From NCBI GenBank assembly GCA_035945715.1, contig DASYZX010000020.1:129622-193621 (forward strand): 64,000 nucleotides of DNA, given 5' to 3'. This DNA comes from Candidatus Acidiferrales bacterium. GTDB lineage: Bacteria; Acidobacteriota; Terriglobia; Acidiferrales; UBA7541. Position numbers and translations under genes: made by a program. Shown one piece after another: positions 59,169 to 64,000 of this stretch (positions are counted from its first letter, which is position 1; each line of letters begins with the position of its first letter). Below the pieces are notes generated by a model. It had not been told where the DNA came from. It ran no database searches and worked only from the letters and a program-made list of their open reading frames with translations.

Positions 59169-59969
59169 ATGCCCAGTAACATCGCCATCTCCACCGAAAA
59201 TCTTACCCGCCGGTTCGGCGAACTCGTCGCCGTTGACACCGTCAACCTTTCCGTCCAGGCCGGCCAATTCTTCGGCTTCCTCGGACCCAACGGCGCCGGC
59301 AAATCCACGATGATCAAGATGCTCACCGGCCTGCTCGCCCCGTCCTCCGGCGGCATCCGCGTCCTCGATCTCGAACTCGCAACGCACAGCGTCGAAGTCA
59401 AGGCCAGCATCGGCGTCGTCCCCGAAGGCCTTGCCCTCTTCGGCCGCCTCACCGCTTCGGAATATCTGAATTTTGTCGGCCGCATGTACGGGCTCGATTC
59501 TGCCACTGCCGCGCAGCGCACTCAGGAACTGCTCGAATTCATGCAGCTGGCCGACCGTCCCAAAACCCTGATTACCGATTATTCCCACGGCATGCAGAAA
59601 AAGCTCGCCATGGCCGCCGCCGTCATTCACGGCCCGAAAATCCTTTTCCTCGACGAGCCCTTCGAAGGCGTCGACGCTATCGCCGCCACGACCCTCAAAG
59701 CCATGCTCCAGCGCATGATCTCCCGCGGCGCCACCATTTTCCTCACCTCGCACGTCCTCGAAATCGTCGAACGCCTCTGCAGCCACGTCGCCATCATTGC
59801 CAAAGGCAAACTTGTCGCTCAGGGTTCCCTCGAAGAACTTCGCGCCGGCATCGAAGCCCGACAGGGCGCCACAGCCTCCGGCGACGGCAAGCTCACTCTC
59901 GAACAAATCTTCTTGGACATCGTCGGCGGCTCGCGCGAAACCGATCGGGAGCTCACGTGGCTGGGCTAA
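59169..59969 (+). CDS. ABC transporter ATP-binding protein
   Basis: 'ISTENLTRRFGELVAVDTVNL', Walker A 'GPNGAGKST', signature 'YSHGMQKKLAMAAA', Walker B 'ILFLDEPFEGVD'. Confidence 0.92.
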   Translation: MPSNIAISTENLTRRFGELVAVDTVNLSVQAGQFFGFLGPNGAGKSTMIKMLTGLLAPSSGGIRVLDLELATHSVEVKASIGVVPEGLALFGRLTASEYLNFVGRMYGLDSATAAQRTQELLEFMQLADRPKTLITDYSHGMQKKLAMAAAVIHGPKILFLDEPFEGVDAIAATTLKAMLQRMISRGATIFLTSHVLEIVERLCSHVAIIAKGKLVAQGSLEELRAGIEARQGATASGDGKLTLEQIFLDIVGGSRETDRELTWLG

Positions 59970-61639
59970 ACGCCATTCCCGGCGTCTCGCAACAGATCCG
60001 CCTCATTGGCCGCCTTCGCTGGATGCTCTTCAAGAACTCCCTCCGCAACGTCAAGGGCCGCCTCGAAGCCGTCTCCACCGTCATTCTCTGGCTGATGATG
60101 AGCGGCCTCGTCCTTGGCGGCGGCATTTTCTTCGGGGTCGCCAGTTATTATCTCGTCGCCCAGGGTCGCTGGGAGTGGCTTGCCGGCCTGATGTGGATCG
60201 TTTTTCTTTTCTGGCAGATTTATCCGATTTTCGCCGCCTCGGTTGGCGCGCAATTCGATTTTTCCAATTTGCTCCGCTTCCCGCTGCGCTTCACAAGCTT
60301 CCTGGTTCTGAGCGCCGTCTACGGTCTGTTCGATCCCGGCGCGGTTGCTTCGCTCTTCTGGCTTTTTTGCATGTGGATCGGCCTTGGCATCGTCCGGCCG
60401 GCCATGCTCGGCTGGGCGCTGCTCGTCCTGCTCGCTTTTGCGGCCATGAATCTGTTTTTCGCCCGCATGCTTCTCTCCTGGCTGGAAAAGTGGCTGGCCC
60501 GCCGCCGCACGCGCGAAATCCTCGGCTTCATTTTCATTTTGATTATCATCGGCTTCCAACTCATCGGCCCCGCCATCGAACATTTCCAGCATCACCGCGC
60601 GCAGCTCCAGGCCGGCTGGCTCCCGGCGCTCGTTTCCGTCGCCAACGTTCTTCCTCCGGGCCTCGCCGGCCGCTCCTTGCAACTCGGCCTGGCATCAAGC
60701 TTCGCCCATGCTGCCTCTTTGCTCGTGTTTCTTCTGATTTACGCTGCGGCATTTTTCTTCCTGCTGCGCATTCGCCTCGTCGCCCAGTTCCACGGGGAAA
60801 ATCTCGGCGAAACTTCCGCCGCCTCCGCGCCCGTCGCTCCTGCTCGGAACGCGCGCCCCGTACCCGCTTCAAAATCCGCAGCCGCATCCTGGGAAATCCC
60901 CGGCCTCTCGCGCCCCATCGCCGCCGTTTTCGAAAAGGAGGTCCGCTACGCCTTCCGCAGCGGCCCCATGCTCCTCAATTTCGTCATTCCTGTTTTCCTC
61001 GTCATCTTCCTGGGCTTCACATTTCGCCAGCAAGGCGCGTTGAAACACTTGCCCCAATCGATGGTTTTCCCCATCGCCATTGCTTATACCTTCCTGATTC
61101 AGATGAACTGGGTGTTTAATTCTTTCGCCTTCGAGGGCACCGGCATCCAATTCTTCCTGCTGGCGCCCGTGCGTTTCCGCGACATTATGGTCGGCAAAAA
61201 TCTTTTCCTCGGAGCGATGAGCATTGTCGACGCTCTTCTGGTCTTGGCGGTGATCAGCTGGATGTTTGCTCCGCCCTCGGCCGCCGTCACTGTAGCGACT
61301 TTCATCGCGCTGCTCTACGGCACTCTCGGCAATTTCGCCCTCGGCAATCTCCTGTCTGTTTGTTTTCCCCGCCGCCTGGAATTCGGCGTCTTCCGCCAGA
61401 AAAAACAGGCCGGCGTGACCATGGCCGTCGCCTTCGCCGCACAAATCGTTTTCATCGGCCTGGGCGGCCTGATCTTTGTACTCACGCGAGTCACGCATCG
61501 CCCGTTCCTCGCTGTGCCGGTTTTTATCGTCCTTGCCGTTCTTACCGGCATCGGCTACCGCATCAGCCTCGGCCGCGTGGATGCGCTCGCCATGAGCCAT
61601 CGCGAAACCCTCACCGCCGAACTCTGCCGCCAGGAGTAG
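59957..61639 (+). CDS. Large multi-pass membrane protein, putative permease partner of the 59169 ATPase
   Basis: 560 aa with at least 10 hydrophobic helices. Its GTG start overlaps the ATPase stop. No specific family recognised. Confidence 0.7.
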   Translation: MAGLNAIPGVSQQIRLIGRLRWMLFKNSLRNVKGRLEAVSTVILWLMMSGLVLGGGIFFGVASYYLVAQGRWEWLAGLMWIVFLFWQIYPIFAASVGAQFDFSNLLRFPLRFTSFLVLSAVYGLFDPGAVASLFWLFCMWIGLGIVRPAMLGWALLVLLAFAAMNLFFARMLLSWLEKWLARRRTREILGFIFILIIIGFQLIGPAIEHFQHHRAQLQAGWLPALVSVANVLPPGLAGRSLQLGLASSFAHAASLLVFLLIYAAAFFFLLRIRLVAQFHGENLGETSAASAPVAPARNARPVPASKSAAASWEIPGLSRPIAAVFEKEVRYAFRSGPMLLNFVIPVFLVIFLGFTFRQQGALKHLPQSMVFPIAIAYTFLIQMNWVFNSFAFEGTGIQFFLLAPVRFRDIMVGKNLFLGAMSIVDALLVLAVISWMFAPPSAAVTVATFIALLYGTLGNFALGNLLSVCFPRRLEFGVFRQKKQAGVTMAVAFAAQIVFIGLGGLIFVLTRVTHRPFLAVPVFIVLAVLTGIGYRISLGRVDALAMSHRETLTAELCRQE

Positions 61640-61642
61640 CCC

Positions 61643-62146
61643 CTAACCCCTCCCTCCGCCGCGCAGCCTTCTCAACATTTGAATCTGTCCCGCGTGATAC
61701 ACATCGTGCATCGCGATGCCGACAACGTTCTGCTTCACCGTTTGCCGGCTCCCGCGGCACCGCCCGCCGAGCTCCGCATCCTTCATCTTCGCAATCGTCC
61801 CCCGCAATTCCTTGTGCATCTTCGCCAGCAACGCCAAGTCGCGCTCCCACTTTTTCTCCGCTTCGCCCTTACTCAATCCTCGCGCGTCGCGCGCAAACCA
61901 GTTTCTTCCCTTCTCCGGAAACACGTGCTTCTTGCTCCCCGTCAGCCGCTTCGTCACCGCATACTTCCAATACGCCGCATGCACCGCAATCTCCCAGATG
62001 TTGTGGCGATTCTTCCCGGGACGCCACGATGCTCCCTCCGCGCTCACCCCGCTCAGTGAACGCCGCAAGTTCGGTCCATGCCACGCCGCCGCCTGAAATC
62101 CTTCCTCCACCAACCCCAGCAGCTGCTCTTTCATCCTGCCCTCCAT
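61643..62146 (-). CDS. DinB-family protein
   Basis: 'WEIAVHAAYWKY' and 'AMHDVYHAGQIQMLRR'. Confidence 0.85.
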   Translation of the reverse strand: MEGRMKEQLLGLVEEGFQAAAWHGPNLRRSLSGVSAEGASWRPGKNRHNIWEIAVHAAYWKYAVTKRLTGSKKHVFPEKGRNWFARDARGLSKGEAEKKWERDLALLAKMHKELRGTIAKMKDAELGGRCRGSRQTVKQNVVGIAMHDVYHAGQIQMLRRLRGGGRG

Positions 62147-62225
62147 CTGCCCCTCTTTTCCGGCGCACGCCTGCTCGCGCCGCCCTCGTTCCCTCTAACT
62201 TTGCGCGCCCCTCTGGGTATTCTTC

Positions 62226-63650
62226 CTATTCGCACCTGCTTTGCGCGCGATGGATTCGCTTTTCGATTTTCGTACTGCCTTTCGCGCCAGCCACTCGCCA
62301 CGAATCACTCGCCACTGCTTTCTTCTCCGCCAGAATCTCCTTCAGCCTTTCAATCGGCAGCGCCTCGATCAGGTGCCCATCGCGCCCTTTCACCGTCGTC
62401 GCGCGCAGCAGCGAGTTGTCAATTGCCTCTTCCGTCGCTTCAATGGTTGCCTCAAACAGCGGTGACAGCGACTCTTCGGAAAGCATGGTCGTCTCAGCGC
62501 TCTTCTCCGATCCCTCCGCAATTCTCGTCGTCGTCGAGAATGCGATGACAAAGTCTCCGCTGCCGTTGCTCCCCGAAGATCCCGTCCGCGCCAGCCCAAG
62601 GGTCGCCCGTTTCCCGAGGCGCATCAATTGACGCGCATCGAGCGGCGCATCCGTCGCCACCACCATCATGCACGAACCATCCGCCTCATTGCGCTTCTCT
62701 CCCCGCGCCGCCGCGTGCTGCGAAGGACGCAGCTCGCGATACACCGGCACACCCGCAATCGTCAGATTCCCGCCGAAATTCGTTTGCACCAGCACTCCCA
62801 CCGTGTATCCGCCCGCATCGGCGCCCAGTTTTCGCGAACTCGTCCCGATTCCACCTTTCCATCCAAACGCCACCGTGCCCGTTCCCGCTCCAACCGTGCC
62901 TTCCTCGACCGCACCGCCCCGCGCCGACTCTAGCGCGCGCCGCACATCCTCGGCCTTCACGTGCCTTCCGCGAATGTCGTTGAGCCATCCGTCATTCGTC
63001 TCGCCCACCACCGGATTGATCGACCGCACCTCTTCATTCCCCGGCAGCGCGAGCATCCAATCGGTCAGCGCCGCGGCCGCGTCCCACACGCTCAGCGTAT
63101 TCGTCAGCAAAATCGGAGTCTCGATCTGCCCCAGTTCGTTCACCTGCGCCAACCCAACGAGTTTTCCGAACGCGTTGAACACATAAACCGCTCCCGCCAC
63201 TTTCTGCTGAAACATATTTCCCGCATGTGGAAAAATCGCGGTCACCCCCGTGCGCACAAGGTCTCCCTGAGTGATTGTCGTCTGCCCCACACGGACGCCC
63301 TCCACATCCGTTATCGCATCGAGCGGCCCCGGCTCGTACACGCCGATGCGTATCCCCAAATCCCTCGCCCTCGGCCGTGCATTCATCGCCCCGCTCTCCT
63401 CTGTTTGCCCCACCGCAAGGGCTTGCGCGTCATTTTTCAACGAACTTTTCCGCGGGACCGTGCTGGGCCGCTCCTGCGGAAGCGAAGCTGCGTTTGGCGG
63501 CGAGATTTTCGTAGGGGCGGGACTTGCCCCGCCCGGGGCAACTCTCCGACTGGCGTTCGCTCCATCGTGCGCTATCGCACCTCCAGCCGCCAGTGCGATA
63601 ACGCAACTCAATGCCACAACACTCGTGACTTTCATCGCTGTTTTCCTCAC
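62226..63650 (-). CDS. DmpA/P1-family (S58) aminopeptidase, secreted
   Basis: Signal peptide 'VVALSCVIALAAGGAIA'. 'GVRVGQTTI', 'GVTAIFP', 'GAGTGTVAFGWKGGIGTSS' (self-processing G/S site context), 'GSGDFVIAFST'. Confidence 0.85.
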   Translation of the reverse strand: MRKTAMKVTSVVALSCVIALAAGGAIAHDGANASRRVAPGGASPAPTKISPPNAASLPQERPSTVPRKSSLKNDAQALAVGQTEESGAMNARPRARDLGIRIGVYEPGPLDAITDVEGVRVGQTTITQGDLVRTGVTAIFPHAGNMFQQKVAGAVYVFNAFGKLVGLAQVNELGQIETPILLTNTLSVWDAAAALTDWMLALPGNEEVRSINPVVGETNDGWLNDIRGRHVKAEDVRRALESARGGAVEEGTVGAGTGTVAFGWKGGIGTSSRKLGADAGGYTVGVLVQTNFGGNLTIAGVPVYRELRPSQHAAARGEKRNEADGSCMMVVATDAPLDARQLMRLGKRATLGLARTGSSGSNGSGDFVIAFSTTTRIAEGSEKSAETTMLSEESLSPLFEATIEATEEAIDNSLLRATTVKGRDGHLIEALPIERLKEILAEKKAVASDSWRVAGAKGSTKIEKRIHRAQSRCE

Positions 63651-63814
63651 TCACCGTTGGGGCCGCCTGTTCAGCCGTGTCCGGTCTCTGACTGGCCTGC
63701 GACCCAGTATTCTAAGTCCTTGCGGCGATTTCTCCCCTGCGTTACATTCGCGGCTTCGCGCGTCGCCGCTTTCGCGAATCGCACACAGTTCATAACGCAG
63801 AAGCTCGCAGCAAG

Positions 63815-64000
63815 ATGTCGACGCACCCGAAGGGAAAACAATCCGCCATGATCAAGCGACTCTCATTTTCATTTTTTGCAGTAGCGCTCATCTCCGTCGC
63901 GCCGTCCTCGTTCGCGCAAGCCACTTCAAGCAACGGCTTTGACAATACTGTTATGCGCGACTTTGTGGAAACTCCCGCGATCCCCGGATATGAATCCGCG
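63815..64000 (+). CDS. Partial CDS (5' end only) of a secreted protein, possibly an M42/M20-like peptidase
   Basis: Open frame to the window edge. 'MIKRLSFSFFAVALISVAPSSFAQ' signal peptide. 'FVETPAIPGYES' resembles the N-terminal motif of M42-type aminopeptidases. Too short to be sure. Confidence 0.4.
   Translation, partial: MSTHPKGKQSAMIKRLSFSFFAVALISVAPSSFAQATSSNGFDNTVMRDFVETPAIPGYESA

Noticed and set aside
61360-62631. 423-aa plus-strand Pro/Ser/Arg-rich ORF crossing the permease end, the DinB gene and the DmpA gene.
   Set aside because: It overlaps three well-supported genes. The extreme P/S/R composition is characteristic of an off-frame reading of GC-rich DNA.

Overview
High-GC, densely coding chromosomal segment of about 65 genes. 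Gene content suggests Acidobacteriota (inference). No rRNA, CRISPR array or intact mobile element is visible.

Left part (0-9.6 kb):
- CDF metal efflux pump and an MBL-hydrolase::PilZ-like fusion.
- YdeP-type molybdoenzyme / FdhD / oxalate-formate-type MFS module.
- A tandem pair of DinB-family genes.

Centre (9.6-22.6 kb), the most unusual region: a roughly 13-kb signalling supercluster entirely on the minus strand.
- kaiC (with a C-terminal coiled-coil tail), kaiB, kaiB, PAS hybrid histidine kinase.
- Then a full stressosome set: rsbR, rsbS, rsbT, rsbX. Its output is an RsbU_N::HisKA_3 histidine kinase plus a NarL-type regulator, not a PP2C/sigma-B cascade.
- Then a sensor-less sigma-54 activator with an overlapping unknown gene.
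- Then a REC-only regulator and a PAS-GAF-GGDEF cyclase.

22.8-27 kb:
- Small basic protein, MgtC, and a Zn alcohol dehydrogenase.
- tRNA(CAT) followed by a decayed islet of about 1.9 kb: a truncated nucleotidyltransferase, a PD-(D/E)xK/AbiEi-like gene with a 56-bp dyad operator, and an IS21 left-end remnant.

Right part (27-64 kb):
- Two ECF sigma modules.
- A galactoside utilisation locus: OprB porin, GH35, sugar-1-P nucleotidyltransferase, GHMP kinase, Tat-exported glycosidase, Na+/solute symporter.
- Housekeeping genes: sucA, rpsU, glgC, eno.
- Two divergent ABC-2-type exporters, one whose ATPase lacks any canonical start codon.
- More DinB paralogues and peptidases.

Many long antisense ORFs in the track are high-GC artefacts and were rejected.
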